In this document: piece by piece, positions 36,658 through 51,886 of the stretch
Layout of the letters: each line of letters starts with the position of its first letter
Position numbering within the stretch: the stretch's first letter is position 1
DNA from: Octopus bimaculoides
Taxonomy: Eukaryota
Length of the DNA stretch: 64,000 bases
NCBI RefSeq assembly: GCF_001194135.2
Contig: NC_068990.1
Coordinates: forward strand, 32,222,588 to 32,286,587
Direction: 5' to 3'
Made by a program: the position numbers and the translations under genes
Notes under the pieces: generated by a model
Databases searched by the model: none
What the model saw: the letters and a program-made list of their open reading frames with translations, nothing else
Told to the model about the DNA's origin: nothing

Positions 36658-38594
36658 TTCTGGTATAACCAAGTGTTACTACAACTAACTGTTATGACCA
36701 TCTATTACTGCACCTAACTAGTATACTTATGTATTACTACAACTAGTATAACCATGTGTAACTGTAAGCAACTGGTATAACTATATATTACTTTACCTGA
36801 CTGGTATAGCTATGTATTACTACATGCAACTGGTATAACCATGTATTACAGCTGTCCATAATATTTGAATAGAACTGACTAAAACTACATCTCCCTCTCC
36901 CTGCTGTTTCACAATCCCTACAGTTGACCCCCAACAATCACCCATAACAACTGTATTGCTAGTTTAATTTGTTTTTACTCTTTTCCCTTATGTCATTGTT
37001 CAGTTAGTAAAGTTAAACAAACAAGTTTATTGTATAAGGTGAGAGGAAGGGCCAACAGCTTTGTTGGGGGGGGAGGGCAAGGTGTGATCATGTTCACTGA
37101 TATTACTGATGATAGATTACAGAAATTGATAAGAAATCCCAAATGAAGCAAATAAAATTTTTTTATTTGGGTTTTTTAAAAAAAATCTGGTTTTAATTTA
37201 TTTTTCTTATTTTTTTTTCCCCTGTGTCCTCTGTTTATTTTGTGGACACACTAATTTCATATATTTCTTGTAATTCACATCGCTGATGTGGATCAATGAT
37301 GTCACTGCTTCAATTTACCTATATTCTATCATATTGGCTACTCTTGACTCAATAGCAGTTTTAAAACTTAATTTGCTGTTGTTGTTGTTATTTTCTGTAT
37401 ACGTAATCCATCATTCACTGACATTCAACCCCCTATTGACAAGGTTTGGCTTTCAGAACTGTTTTTCATTCACTCAATTTCTTTGTCAGTCGACATTGAT
37501 GCATGATAACAAACAACAGCTTCACTATTCATTGGATTAACTATTGTGAGCTGGAAAAGCTGTTTCCTCATTTGTTAGGCTTCATTTTACATTAACCTCA
37601 AGAGTTTTGCCAACATTTTTGTTCAATAATTTATTGTCATATGTTATGATGAAAATACTGGTGAGCTGGTGTGTTAAACCTATCAAAATAATTTGGGCTC
37701 ATTTGTTGAAGTAGTAATTGTGCATGTTTGTGTATTTTGAGGTCCTCTCCCTCATGGAATTCAATCATTTCTTTTGATTATCTAGGAATATTTTTTTGAT
37801 GGAGGATAGATGGGGTTGTTCTTGATTGAATCAACCCAGAACAATGCATTTACTTTCTACTCTTTTTTTTTGTCTTTTGTGAGCTGTTCTGTATGTTGGA
37901 AACAGGAATCTATTTTATCGATGCAGGATTATTGAAATGTGACGTCAGTTATGTTAGGATTTGAATCCAAATAAACCCAGATGCTCTAAAACCTCTAACT
38001 AATCTTTTTAACCTTTTTATAATCCCTTCTGTTCTAATAAATAATAATATATATTCGTTGATAAGGGGAAGTGTTACAGTTGTTTGACAACACTGTATCA
38101 GTGGTATTTCTTCAAATTTTGGAAATTTAGATATATTGGAATGGATAATGGCTGGTTTAATAGTTTAACAGTTCCTAAAATATCTGGTCAGGTCTACTTG
38201 GTCAGTCATCATTGAAACAGAGTTGGACAATATCTTCTAAAACTTTGAACTACCAAGTGGTTTGTAACTTAAATTCCTAAGCACCAGTATTATGTTAAGT
38301 TTAAGTTTTCTCCTGTACCCTTCTCACAGAATCATAACCCCTCCCTTCATCTATTTTATACTGAAATAAAGTAATTTCTTTTCTTGTATCCAACCATAAG
38401 GTTAATTTTTTGAAAATGTTGAGGAATAATTAACTTTATCAACTAACCCTTATCAGCATAATTTTATAAACCTTAAAGTGAAACCTCAAATTAGGTTGAG
38501 TACAATATGTATACTTATGTATAACACTGCATAATAGCGAATTAAAAATGAAATATTTGTTGTGAAAGAAATGACGGTAATAATGGTTTTAAAT

Positions 38595-38776
38595 TTTGGC
38601 ACAGGGCCAGCAATTTCAAGGGAGGGGCAAATTGATTACATCAACCCCAGTACTCATTTTATTGACCCCGAGAGTCAAGGTTGACCTCAGTGGAATTCAA
38701 ACACAGAATGTAAAGATGGATGAAGTATCACTAAGCATTTTATTTGCCATGGTAACACTTCTGCCTGCTCACTGCC

Positions 38777-38808
<32 letters not shown>

Positions 38809-39107
38809 TAATTCAGCAAATTTAATTATGGAACTCTTCTTCTTTATTTACATATTCCCTCCAGAGGAGTCATAGCAGTGCTATATTATCTATAATAATA
38901 ATAATAATCCTTTCTACTAGAGGCACAAGGCCTGAAATTTGGGGGGGGGGGACCAAGTTGATTACATCAGTTCTGGTGCATAACTGGTACTTATTTTATC
39001 GGTCCCAAAATGATGAAAGGCAAAGTTGACCTCAGCAGAATTTGAACTCAAAACGTAAAGATGGACGAAATGCCACTTAGCATTTTGCCTGGTGTGCTAA
39101 TGATTCT
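38595..39107 (-). mobile_element. Two SINE family B copies separated by (AAT)n-containing spacer
   Basis: Both carry gattacatc...ggtactta...aaagttgacctc...gaatttgaactc motifs. Confidence 0.8.
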
Positions 39108-39379
39108 TGGTGATTGAAATGTGAAGTCAGTTATGGCAGGCTTTGAACCCACAAAACCAGATATTCTAAAACCTCCACCTGAGCTTCCTAACGATTACAT
39201 AATCTCTTCTTATTTTAATATCACAACATTGCACTGAACCACACTGCAGTATACTACACCATGCTACACTGCAACACACCACATTATACTATGTGGCATA
39301 CAATACTACTTCACACCACATGACACTACATAACACAACACTCATACTGTAGCGTACAGCACTAAAATACACTACATTT

Positions 39380-39730
39380 TGAGCATGGCCGTTGCCAGTA
39401 CTGCCTGACTGGCCTTCGTAGGATTTTCGAGTGAGATCGTTGCCAGTGCCCCTGGACTGGCTCTTGTGTGGATGGCACATAAAATACACCATTTTGAGCG
39501 TGGCCGTTGCCAATACCGCCTGACTGGCCTTCGTGCGGGTGACACGTAAAAGCACCCACTACACTCTCTGAGTGGTTGGCGTTAGGAAGAGCATCCAGCT
39601 GTAGAAACTCTGCCAAATCAGATTGGAGCCTGGTGTTGCCATCTGGTTTCACCAGTCCTCAGTCAAATCGTCCAACCCATGCTAGCATGGAAAGCGGATG
39701 TTAAACGATGATGATGATGATGATGATGAT
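39380..39730 (+). mobile_element. SINE family C, young subfamily, with tandem units
   Basis: 3' part nearly identical to the 27046 copy; flanked by degenerate (acactac)n repeats. Confidence 0.88.
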
Positions 39731-40904
39731 CACGTTATACCACACCAACATCACATTGTATCACTTTACTCTTTAACATATCACCCTGCAGTACATTGCA
39801 CTACACCACTCTACATTACAATGCACTACACCACTCTATACTGCAGTGCATTACACCATACTATATCAAAGTACATCACACCATACTGTCAGAAATATTG
39901 AAAGGATACATTAGATGGTATCAATTCTACATAAAGATGTGATGGTCATCATTAGATTGTGTCACCATAAGACTGCTGGATTAGGTTGACCTATGGTTAA
40001 ACTGCAGATAATAAGAACTGGATGGGTGCAAGTGTCTGTCATCTGAGTACACATCCATATATATTTATGCACATATCAACATAGCTAAACATATCATCAT
40101 CATCATAAACATCTACTTTTCTATATTTGCATGAGTCTGAGAGAAGTCATTGAGGTGGATTTTCTATAAGTGGATGTCTTTCTGTGTCACCACCAGGCAT
40201 CACTTGTTTCCAAGCAAGGTAATATTTCCCAATGAACAGGTATGTTTCCACGAAGGAATGGAGATGAATGACACTGCTTTTATGATGGTGACACTCGTTT
40301 ACAACTATCCAGCCCATGTCATGTTGAGGAAGCATGAATACACATGCAAACCGACATAACCTCACCCCCCACCCCACCTTACATAGACACACAACTGGCT
40401 TCTTTCAGTTTCTGTTTACTAAATCCACTCACAAGGCTTTGGTTGGCTTGGGAGTATAGTAGAAAACACTCACCCAAGGTGCCATGCAGTGGGTCTGAAC
40501 CCCAAAACCATGTGGTTGAAAAGCAGACTTCTTAACCATACATCCATGCTAAAGATGTGTGTGTGTGTGTATAATATATGCATGCATATATACCCATATC
40601 AACTTAATCCAAAGATATATATTTACACATGCTAATGTCTGAAGATATCTATACCATGGCAAACTGACACAGCTACAAACTCATGTCACACACAACGACA
40701 TACCCATATCATAAACAGTATCTACCTACCTACATACATATATATATATATGTATATACACACATACTTTATGCATGCCATAAACAATATATACACACAT
40801 ACATGACCTGAATATGAAATTATAAACCTTCACCTCACATTCTTCCATATTTCCATTCCTGCTGTGAATATTTTATTGTATTCACTACGTAGTTAATTGG
40901 CTGA

Positions 40905-41305
40905 TACCACCACCACCTGCACCTCCAACACTGCTACTACCTCCACCACCATCAATGCTGCTTCTACCACTTCCACTACCAATGCCACAACCATTACCAG
41001 TGCCTCTGCCAGCACCACCACCACCACCACCACTGCTACCAATCTACCACCATCACCACCACCGCCACTTCCACTATCATTACCATTGCCACTGTCACCT
41101 CCACTACCAATGCCACTGCCGTCCCTACCACCTCCACCACTGTCCCTACCACCTCCACCACCGTCTCTACCACCTCCACCAGCTCACCATCACTCTTACC
41201 ACCACTACTGCAACTGCCATCACTACCACCTCCCTCCCAACACCATAACACCATTGCTACTATTACCACCACACCATCATCATCACAATCACCACTACTG
41301 CTGCC
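40905..41305. repeat. Degenerate (ACC/CCA)n tract
   Basis: Low-complexity triplet tract producing poly-T/P/H ORFs. Confidence 0.85.
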
Positions 41306-42509
41306 ACCTCCACCATCCTTCTTTCATAGATCCACTTTTTCTCCCTTCCACTTTGTTTGTTTCTTTCTTTACCTCACCTTTCCAAATCTCTTCCTTCTAC
41401 TTCTCATCACTTTGTACCTCTCTGCTTCTTTCTCTCCCTCTCACTGTTTCTCTGCTCATCCCCCCTTCCTGTGATCCAGCTTATCTCCCCCCCCCATCTT
41501 CACTCTTCCCCAATTCAACAGACCACTCCACAAAATAGCTGGCTCTGTATTTTAGATGGTTTCTTTAACTGTCAAATTAATTCCCTTTCTTATAGTTAAG
41601 GCAGTTGGTGATGTTGTTTAAAATCAGTTCAGTCTTGTTCCAGCATCCTTATTAGCAACAGTATCCGCACTGTGACCATCCCTTTTTGACTCCAGCATAG
41701 TATGTCTAAGACAAGGTCATCCAATCTGCTCCTTTTAAAAACAGTAGGCATGATTTGAGAGTGATTTGGTTACTCTTTCTACCAGGTCGAGTGACAATAG
41801 AGCCTCCCCCCACCTCATTGTTTGGTAGTTGTTAATGATGATTCTCCTTCTTGTGATTTTGGTTGTTCTGTGATGCGTATGAATAATTTTGGTAGTTTGT
41901 ATGATGCACTTGTCACTATCTGTATCCCTCTCTGCCTTTACTCAACCATCCCATTTATATTCTGATCCCTGTCCCTTGTGAGTATGCCCGGCACTTTGCC
42001 ACCATCTCTATCCTGCTGTTTCCCACTCTGTCTCTCTCCTTCTCCCGCACTTCCCTCAGGTTGGGTAACCATATATCTCCTTTGCAGCAGCACACCTGTT
42101 TCTGTCTTCATTCTTCATCTCTCTCTCTCTGGCTGGGTAACCATATACTTCTACAGCAAGATACCTGTTTCTGTCTTTCTGTCTCACTATAACCTTTCAT
42201 CTCATCTGACACAAGATTACCTCCTCCAATTCTCTCTCCCCTCTCAAAAGATTTTTGTCTTGCACGTTACTTGGTGACCCTGTCAGTGCTGGTGCCACTT
42301 AAAAAGCATTCAGTCCACACTGTAAAGTGGTTGGTGTTTGGAAGGGCATCCAACTGTAAAAACCTTGCCAAAACTGACCTTGCCTGTGCCTGTGTCATAT
42401 AGAAAGCACTAAGTCCACTCAGCTGGGTGGTTGGTGTTAGGAAGGGCATCAAGCTGTAAAAATCCTGCCAAAACAATCACAAAAGTCTGGTGCAGGCTTC
42501 TGCCTGGCC

Positions 42510-42933
42510 GCAAAATTTTTTTCCACGCGAGTTCTAGACCCCAGTAATGAACTCATTTGCATACAGCCAATCAGAGCTCCCCTTGACCATGTCAATTTAA
42601 CAACAACACTCTGCTAAGTAAACTCAAGATGAAGAACGGTGTTGTAAGTCGACCGATCGCCAAGTTATGTCTGATTTTAGAAGGAGACGAGTACAAAGTA
42701 AACAACAACACAAATAACTACATAGAGGCAGCCATGGTTGAAACAAGAACAAGAACAACGAGCATTATTAAGAAAGAAAAAAAGCATGGCCATTCCTTAC
42801 CCAAGTGACCTTATCTTATTGCCTATCACTTGTTATGCGCTCATAAATTAGTTTGATAGTTGAGCTCTGATTGGCTATATGCAAATGAGTTCATAACTAG
42901 AGGCTGGAACTCTCATGGCAAAAAAAATTTCAC
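42510..42933. mobile_element. 424-bp MITE with about 70-bp TIRs and 9-bp TSD (Mutator-like), inserted in a family C SINE
   Basis: TIRs 42510-42579 and 42862-42933; TSD tgcctggcc (42501-42509) / tgcctagcc (42934-42942). The host SINE sequence resumes on both sides. Confidence 0.8.
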
Positions 42934-44018
42934 TGCCTAGCCAGCTTCTGTCAAACTGTCCCACCCATGCCAGCATGGAAGGTAGACATTAAATGATGAT
43001 GATGATAGTATGAGGTGGTAGTAGTGTGTTACTCTTTTACAATGGTCAGAGGAATTGCATGACCATCACATCTTCGTTACCCTGCTTTGATCAGCTTTGC
43101 ATTTCAATTGCCTAGAGTCTGTTAAGTATCAATCGATAGGTTTTGATTTGATGAAGCAATTCCCATTCGACTTAGAAATAAATGGTGTTGTTATACTATA
43201 GCTGAATGACAGAGTAAAATTTACTGATAGTTTTACAGTTGGGAAATACGAAGATGAATCCACAGAAACTGAAGTATAACTTGATGCTTAGACATGCAGA
43301 ATCACAAAATTGTAGAAAACTTCTCACTCACCCTACCACAACAAACCAAAATACATCTTTAGCATTTGAATTACTCTGTCAAAAGAAATAGCTATTTATT
43401 CACATTGTTTTGAAATAATCATGCGTTATCTTGTAGTTAAGAAGTTTTTTGATGTAGTCAAGAAGTATTTTAAGATATATATTTGACTAATTAGTTAAGC
43501 TACAGAAATTGCCTTTCATTTGGACATTACATATTTTTAAAACAATACATTGAAAATGATGTTCCTGTGAGATCTTGAAGAAATTAAGAAAATTAATCCG
43601 GACAATGTTTTTATGAACTTTCAATTTTTATTTATCAGCAGTCATACTTTTAACAAGATCTTGTATTCTTAGAATAAAATATTTTGAAAATATGATTGAT
43701 TCATATTTATATATATAAGTAAGTTAGTGGCTATATGTGACTTCCATATAATAATAATAATAAAAATAAAAATAAGTTATGATGATGTAGTAGTGTTTAC
43801 CATTGAGCTTGTATATGAGCTGACAGAATGAAATTGTGTGTGTGTGTATCAGGGTTTAAGAGAAAAGTGCAAGTGCTTGGCTGTCCTGTATTGCCTTTGA
43901 GAATTGTATCTAAAGAATATATTTTATAAGAACTCCTTTACAAATATTTTTCCATTGTTGATAACACAGAGGTTATAGTAAATCAGAATATGGAAGGAAA
44001 TTGTTCAGTTTTCATTTT

Positions 44019-44050
<32 letters not shown>

Positions 44051-44052
<2 letters not shown>

Positions 44053-44170
44053 TCATCATCATCGTTTAACGTCCGCCTTCCACGCTAGCATGGGTTGGAC
44101 GATTTGACTGAGGACTGGTGAAACCGGATGGCAACACCAGGCTCCAGTCCGATTTGGCAGAGCTTCTACA
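44051..44170 (-). mobile_element. SINE family C 3' part, young subfamily (ends at gap)
   Basis: Near-identical to the 15089 copy. Confidence 0.88.
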
Positions 44171-46161
44171 NNNNNNNNNNTTTGTTGAAGATCTAGTATA
44201 TTTCTGTTCATAAATGGGTAGATACAAGACAGAATGGTACAGGATAGATACACATTCCAATTATGTTTCATTAAAATATTTCCAACAATGAAGTGTTTCT
44301 TTTTTTTTTTATTATGTTATATTGTTACTTTGTGAGAGTTTATGGAGAAATACTTTTGTTTTCTTTTACTCTTCCAATATACAACATTCTTTGAAGGAAG
44401 ACAAATATCAATATTTTACTTCACCTTTGCACGCAAATTCTACTATCTCATTTAGTCTTTCAATCAGTTTATTATGAGGTGTTTTACTACAGTGACTTGC
44501 TAAAATTGTAGGTTCATATTGCTTTTTACTTTGTTTTCATTGTTTATCTTACATACATTGGCAAAACAACTTATTATAATTGCAGTAGAAGTTACTTTTT
44601 TTTTCATGGAACTTTCCTATTTAGCTGTGATATATCAATTTGATACACATTGGATATGGCACTGGAGATCAGTTGTGTGCTGTATCATTTAGATACCATA
44701 ATAAATTGATGTTTTATTAGTTCTTTGTGTCTTTGGTAGGCAGTACTGTGGAACTAATATCTCCTCTTTGTCTCTCACTATTCAGCCCAGTCATCTACCA
44801 TATTTTCTATATTCCCTTTGATGATATCCTCTTGATATTTATCACTATAGATATGTATAACCATAAATATCACTGCTATCTTGTAATATTCAGAATTTTA
44901 TTTAGTAATGCAGTATCAATATTTGTTAGACACAATCATTAGATTATTTACAAACTTCTTCTCTGTTGCAACTAAACCAAACTTAATCGGTAATAGTACT
45001 CTGTATTTTAATCAGAATTGCTTTATTGCATTTTAATTTAGTTTGTCATCATATTTCCTCTTACCCATATTATATGCTCGTTGTTTAGCCCTAGTTTAAC
45101 TCTGTTAGAGCAGATCTGTGTTCAAAGGCATTGCAGCCATGATTTTGCTTGCCTTTTTTTTTTTTGCTTTTTTTTAAAGTTGGGCTGCAATTTCTAGTGG
45201 GCTCATCAACTACACTGGAGCTCTTTCACTGATTCATGTACAATTTTGTGTACAATATAATGTACAACACCGTGTAAAGCACTGTGTAAAACATTGTGCA
45301 GCACTTGGCACAGCACTATTCAACACTGTACAGTACTGTGTACAGTACTACATATAACGCTGTGCACTATTTTGTACAACATTATGTACAACACTATTGG
45401 ACATTATATAATCATTATAATTTTAACACACAAACTTCCTATGACAGTCCTATAAAATAAATATATATATATATATATATATAATGGTAATGAGACATTT
45501 ATATATAAACGATTGTCACAAAAATGTGTGTGTGTGTATTTATATACATACATTGCTGCCATGGGTTACAGAGTGTATCTGACAACTCCAAAGGCTGCAT
45601 TGTGTTCCAATGTTTTCTCTGGTGTAATTTTTATAGCTTAGTGCCCTTCCTAACGCTTTACAGTGTGTAATGGTGAGTGCTTGTTTCCATGGCACCAGCA
45701 CTAGTGAGATTACCATGCAGCCTGCAAGACTTAAGATCTGCTTTAACTGAATGAAGTTACAGTAGGGAAGAAGATGGCATAATGCTTGGGGGTGAGTGGT
45801 TAGAGAAAACAAAGCAGATTTCTTGCTGCAGAGGATCTGTATGAGTACTCAATACTAGTGAAGGGAGGGCAGGAGTGGCCAGAGTGGTGCTGGAAAGAGA
45901 TAAAAATATTGGTGATGAGGTGTTAGGGTAGACTTTCAGGATTCAAAGTGAGTGGGTACAGGTTATGGGAGTTCTTGACATCACATGATTATTGTAAAAT
46001 GATTGTCACTGTTATACAAGCAGTGTCATTCATTTCTAATGGTCTGCCATGTCTAGCGAATGGGGAGATATTACCTTGCTTGGAAACAGGTGAGGGTTGG
46101 TAGCAAGAAGAGCATCTGGTTGTGTGTGTGTGTGTGTGTGTGTGTGTATACATACATACAT

Positions 46162-46239
<78 letters not shown>

Positions 46240-47399
46240 TCATTATTTTATATCCAGTTTCAATATTGACATAGGTTGGATGAGCCAAGAGGCTTGTGCA
46301 TGCCATCTTGCTGCAATATCTTAGTTTTGGCATATTCTATAATATCATATTGGAGTGAAATCTGTGATTAATATGACTGACATCTCTTACTAGTAAAAAA
46401 TACTTTTGTTCTAAGTTGTTATTTAAATCCAGGTCATTCATGACCCATTTGACTTATAATCAAAAGTGTTCTAACTGTTACCACACTGTCAAAAACACAC
46501 CCAGTGAATCTAATACTGCATTCATTATCTTCTTTAGCAAAGTTAAGGTGGGATTTGAGACAGATTTGGCTGCTTTTTCAAACAGGTTTAGAAACTACAT
46601 ATAGAGGCTCCAATATATGCTTGATGAAATTTGATATGTGGCTACAAAGCAATAAAAAAAACCATTTAAGATTGTATTGTTTTGCTAGATTCTGAGACTG
46701 TTTTATTCAGTCACCATATAACTAAATTATTATTCACAACAGTCAAAATATTTGATCATGCTTATTGATAAAGGAGAAAAAGGAGATTGGAATGGGAGAC
46801 CTTCCCCTCCAGTGCCATTTATTTAATAATAATGATATATAATATTCACTGAGTCTGTCAATATCTGAAAATTTTTCCAAACCATTTATATAAAATTCAG
46901 ATTTTAATCAAATTAATGCCAAGATTGTATTTTAACTTGTGTGAAACTGTATATTGCTTCCCATTAATTTTGTTTGAATTTCTATTGTATTTGGTCTTGT
47001 GCTCAAAATTTTGAACCTTATATTTATTAGGTACAGACTTGACAATGTGGTGAGGATGTTTGCTTCCTAACTGCATGGTTTCAGGTTCGGTTCCACTGTG
47101 TGGCACCTTGGGCAGGAAAAACCAAAGCCTTGTGAAGGGATTTGGTAGTTAGAATCCTGGAAACAGGGAAACACTACCTTGCTTGGAAACATGTAAAGGT
47201 TAGCAACAAGAAAGGTGTCCAGCCATAGAAATTAATCCTGTTTGACCACAGAGAAGTGGACATTGAAACAAATATTATTAAATCCATAAGTGTAGATTTT
47301 GTACTTGTGATGTTGCTTATTCTTTCAGCATGAACTCAAGTATATATTATTTGACTTTCTCAGAGATTAAACACATGCTTATTAATTAAACTACTGTGC

Positions 47400-47737
47400 T
47401 TAATACTGAAAAGCAGCATAACTGTCACTTGTTAAAGAATACGATTTGGCAGATGGTACTATGCCCTTACTTATAGTTTTAGGTCTCTATGTAGTTGTGG
47501 GCAGACATAGACACTCTGTTGGACTCCACCCTTCACACAATGGAACATTGTAGATGTGACAGTTAGGAAGGAGGGCCTCATTAGCAGGTGGCTATTACTC
47601 ATTTTAATCTAAGTACACTGAAGCAGTGTGAAACGATGTACCTTGATCAAGGATACAACATATCAACCTGATCCAGAAATTGAACATATGACCTTATGAT
47701 TGTAAACCTGGCACCCCAACCACTAAGCCATGTGTCT
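47400..47737 (-). mobile_element. tRNA-headed SINE (family E); second partial copy at about 52240-52445
   Basis: Minus-strand head cacatggcttagtggttgggg...; body shared with 52240-52445 (ttggcagatggtact...gttgtgggcagacat). Confidence 0.65.
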
Positions 47738-48466
47738 TCACATCTAATCCTTAATCAATACTTATATGCACTATTCCATTGTCTTGTATGATAATTAAGA
47801 GATTTGGAACTTTAAACTTAAATTTTTTTAATGTTAAAAGGTTTAATATTCTTTGTTTTTGTTTTGTTTTGCTCTGCATCTCATTATAATAATGAAGAGT
47901 AGGATGGCAGTGATGGTTGTTGGCAGGATCAGTAGAATACTTGGTAACTTTGTGATGTTTACTTATGTTTCTGAGTTCAAATCTTACCATAATTGAAATT
48001 TGGTATTCATTCCTCTGAGGTGGTTGTTTAGCCTTCAGGCAAGCCTTGATCCAATAAAATTATGATTTAATTCAGTCCATAATGCTTATACCTTTTTCTA
48101 AATATTTATCTAGGATAAATCAGTCAATAAATTCGTTTTTTTTTCTTTTAATATGGTGTAATTTGACAGATTCAGCTGCTATTTCTAGCAGACTGAGCAG
48201 TCATCTCAAGGCTCACTTTTTTGTTGAATCCCCCAGGAGTTGGTGCATTTAGTAATTGTAAAGTATCAGGGTTGATTTGTGTCTTCATTTCCAAAAATGT
48301 GCAACTTCCTGCGCAAGTCAGAAACAATTTACACAAATGGAAATACTTAATTGGTTCTTTTTTGTTTTTGTGTTTGTATAATGGCCCTTCTAAAATGCAA
48401 TAAAATTTTGAATCACTTCAACCCATGCTTTATCAAGGAAGCTTCTTCCCTATCGTNNNNNNNNNN

Positions 48467-48513
<47 letters not shown>

Positions 48514-51396
48514 ATATATACACTCAGCTGCTATATTATAAACCCACTCTATGCAATTTATCTTTTGATACAATTACAAAGAACTAATATAATTTTGTAG
48601 GTTCGAGTTGTCCGTCATTGTTCCTGGTCTGTGCAGTCACCTGAATAATATTTTGTTTCTTTTTGTCTCCTCACATTGTTGTTTCACTCCTAGATGTCAA
48701 ATCAGAATGATAATCTACTTGAACATGAAACAAAATAAGTAGTAAGACGTAATATACTTAACCAAAATCTCACTGAAGTTTTTTATATGCTTGAGAAGCA
48801 AGAAAGTTTGGAAGTGAGAAAATTAAAACAAAAATAATGCATTCCCAACAGTTGTTAGGCAGAAGTCAATGGCAATTAATATCACTGTAGAGGATATGGC
48901 ATAGCTTGGCTGTCATCTGTAGTAGTTTCATCTGTTGGCTTCAATTAGTACATGTATGCCTTAAACTATTACTCAATTTTTTAACACCTCCACTTGGTCC
49001 TTGACTCCATTTAGTGGGGTTCATTCTCTAGCAAGAATTTAAGATAGGTCTCCAGTTTGAGGATACTCTCCTCCTTCCTTCCATCTAGTCTCAGAGGCTC
49101 TGTAAAGAATCATTGGTATGCTCTTTCCCCTTTCTAAGCAATAAAAAAAATAATCCTTTTAATCTAATTTTCTATCTATTCTATTTAATGTATCCAGTCA
49201 CCCACCTAGAACATACATTATAACAGTGTTGGTGTCCGCCTAACAAATTCCACTCACAAAGTATCGGTTAACCTGAGGCTATGGAAGGCAGATGCCCATG
49301 GTGCTATACACTAGGATTGAACCTGACACAACCATGCTTGCACCTATGTTAGTGACTGTCATGTCTTGTTTTTATAATTTTGAATCCTTCTAGAGAGTTG
49401 CCTTTGCTTTCCCTTGTTTATTAGTTACCAAACTAATTCTGGGAACTGTCTACTGACTACATCTCTCTCTGTCACAACGAACATCTAACTTTTAAATATT
49501 CCCCCTTATTAGATTTCCTCGTTATCAAGATTCATGATTAATTTGTTGAATGATTAAAAATTACAGGAAGGCTAAGTCAGACATGAATTAAAATTTAAAA
49601 AAGAAAAAAAAATATATAGCTTCCTAATTTACATAAATATTTAGTCATTATCCTATAAATGATAGATTTATTTCATACCCCGTTAGGCATTTCAATATAT
49701 GTTATTATATTGTCTGTTGGTTCTGTTTGTTTTTGAGATCAGTACATCTTTAATCAAGTGGATTGCATTGCTAACTTCTATACACATTCATGCAATTTCA
49801 TTATTTCTTTTTAGATGCAGCCTAAGGGCACTACTATATTTATATAGTTCTGTAAGAACATTTACAGGAAGTAATTCACTTTATGCCTGCCTCTACTTTT
49901 TATCTGATACACCTAAAAGCTTTCTTTTTTCTTTAAACCATCTTATCACTTACTCTTTTTTCAAAATCAATTTCTTATTCTCTTGTAGGTTTTCTGCTTC
50001 TCTTCATTCTTGGTATTCACCATTCTTTTTATTTAGTTTACCTCATTAACAATAGTTAACTTTACCGTGTCTGTTGGAACTGATACTACTGTATTTTGGT
50101 TGGTGTAGTATGTAGAGTTGTCAGAATAAAGGATTTACAATATCTTGTTTCATACTTCATGGTACTAAAGTTGATTTCGTCTTTTATTCCCTTCAGCTTT
50201 GATAAATTAAGTACCAAAAATATAGTAGGCAGTAAATTGGCAGACTCATTATAGTGTTGGATAGAATACCTTGCAGTATTGGTACTCTAAGTTTAATTCC
50301 CTCTCAGATCAGTTTTACCTTTCAGATGTCTGAGACCACTAAATAAAGTATCAGTGAGATAGTATTGGAGTCGGTTCTTTTCTCTTTCACCCTTTTTCTC
50401 TATGAATCAGACACATTCCAGTCACAAAGAACTGGAGAAGGATCATGGTAGACAACTCACAGTGTTCTCCTCCAGGAATGGAGAAAGATTCAATGAAAGC
50501 TTAGCAACTTCTTGTCATGAAGAAAAACAAAAAGACCCCCCCCCCCCAAAGAAAAAGAAACATGTTACTGAAGCTATCTAAGGACAGTCTAATGTGCAAC
50601 ACAATAGGTACAATAATAATAAAAATAATATTAAAAAGTAAGTTTAATACTATTTCTTTCCTCTGCTGCAAAATTTATGTATGGCATAAAGAATAAAAAA
50701 AAGAGGAAAACCTGGAATTTTGGTATTTTTGCAGTTATGAAACTTGCAGAATTGTTATAATTTATGTATTTACCTGGCTTTATGTGTGCTACTGACTAAC
50801 TAAGCTTGTAATTCAGTTATGAATCCCAGTTTTAAATCTGTTTTGCACAAGTTGCTAATATCCTTGACAGAAACCTGCTTCTCATCATTTTCTATATCCT
50901 GAAAATGGCATAACATGGAAATTTTTTTTCCATATCTATATCAAAGACTTTCATTGTATAGCTCTCAACTGTTGTCCGATATTCTATCATTTTAAACTAC
51001 TTCAACGTTTTCCGATAACTTTGATCTTTGAAGGTTTATTCTTTTGATGTATATTTAGAGTGACACTAACGATTGTATCCGATGTTGGTATGAAACCCTG
51101 TATTTTTATTGCAATTGCTTTTTTAAAATTTTTTTTTTTTTAAAGCATTAGTAATGTTTGTTACAGCAGAATAGTTGTTTATTATATGGAACCTCAGAGA
51201 GGATGGGAAATGACAGTTGTGACATTCATGGCTTTTGCTCAGCTATAATGTCAGCAACTCTTGGAGTATTTTAAAGAATCAATTAATCTTATTGTCACAT
51301 CACACAAATACAACAAATTTAAATATTCTTTAAAAAAAATTCCTAAAAGAAGCATCTTCAATACTATGCTTCATTTCTAATCTTATTCCCTTTCAG

Positions 51397-51539
51397 ATCC
51401 CCTTCTTCCACGCGTTGTTGCCTTCATCCAGGAGTTTCCCGAGTTCCTGCAGACTGTGGTCCACTGTGCCAGGAAGACAGAGGTTGCATTGTGGCCTTAC
51501 CTTTTCTCCAAAGTTGGCAACCCAACAGATCTTTTTGAG
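51397..51539 (+). CDS. RIC1: RIC1 internal coding exon 8 of window (phase 1/0; Ric1 domain)
   Basis: ccctttcag acceptor, gag|gtgaga donor. (D)[47 protein letters not shown] matches RIC1 [48 protein letters not shown]. Confidence 0.97.
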
Positions 51540-51886
51540 GTGAGAATGTTTCCTTGCTTCAATATATTTTCAGGTTTTTTTTTTTTTTTAGAAAATATAA
51601 ATAGATTTTTTTTTTTTATATAAATTACTTTTATATTCAACACAATTTATTTTGAAAAAAGAAAAGAAAAAAGGGATGTAAAAGATATTAGTATCAAGCT
51701 GCAAATTTAATTTCAGTTTATACATCCATCATTAACGACTAGAATTAACTAATGGCAACAACATTTAGTGTTTATTTATTTAATGAAAAGCTCCAAGATA
51801 TGGATTTTTAAGATTACTCACAATATCTGTCAAAATTGTCATCCTTATCCTTTTCTGTTTGTTTTTCTTACTTGCATGGTTTAGAT

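Noticed and set aside
40897-41538. 213-aa Thr/Pro/His-rich ORF (mucin/extensin-like)
   Set aside because: Degenerate (ACC)n tract that is open in several frames; no domain, no splice context, and it does not fit the RIC1 phase chain.
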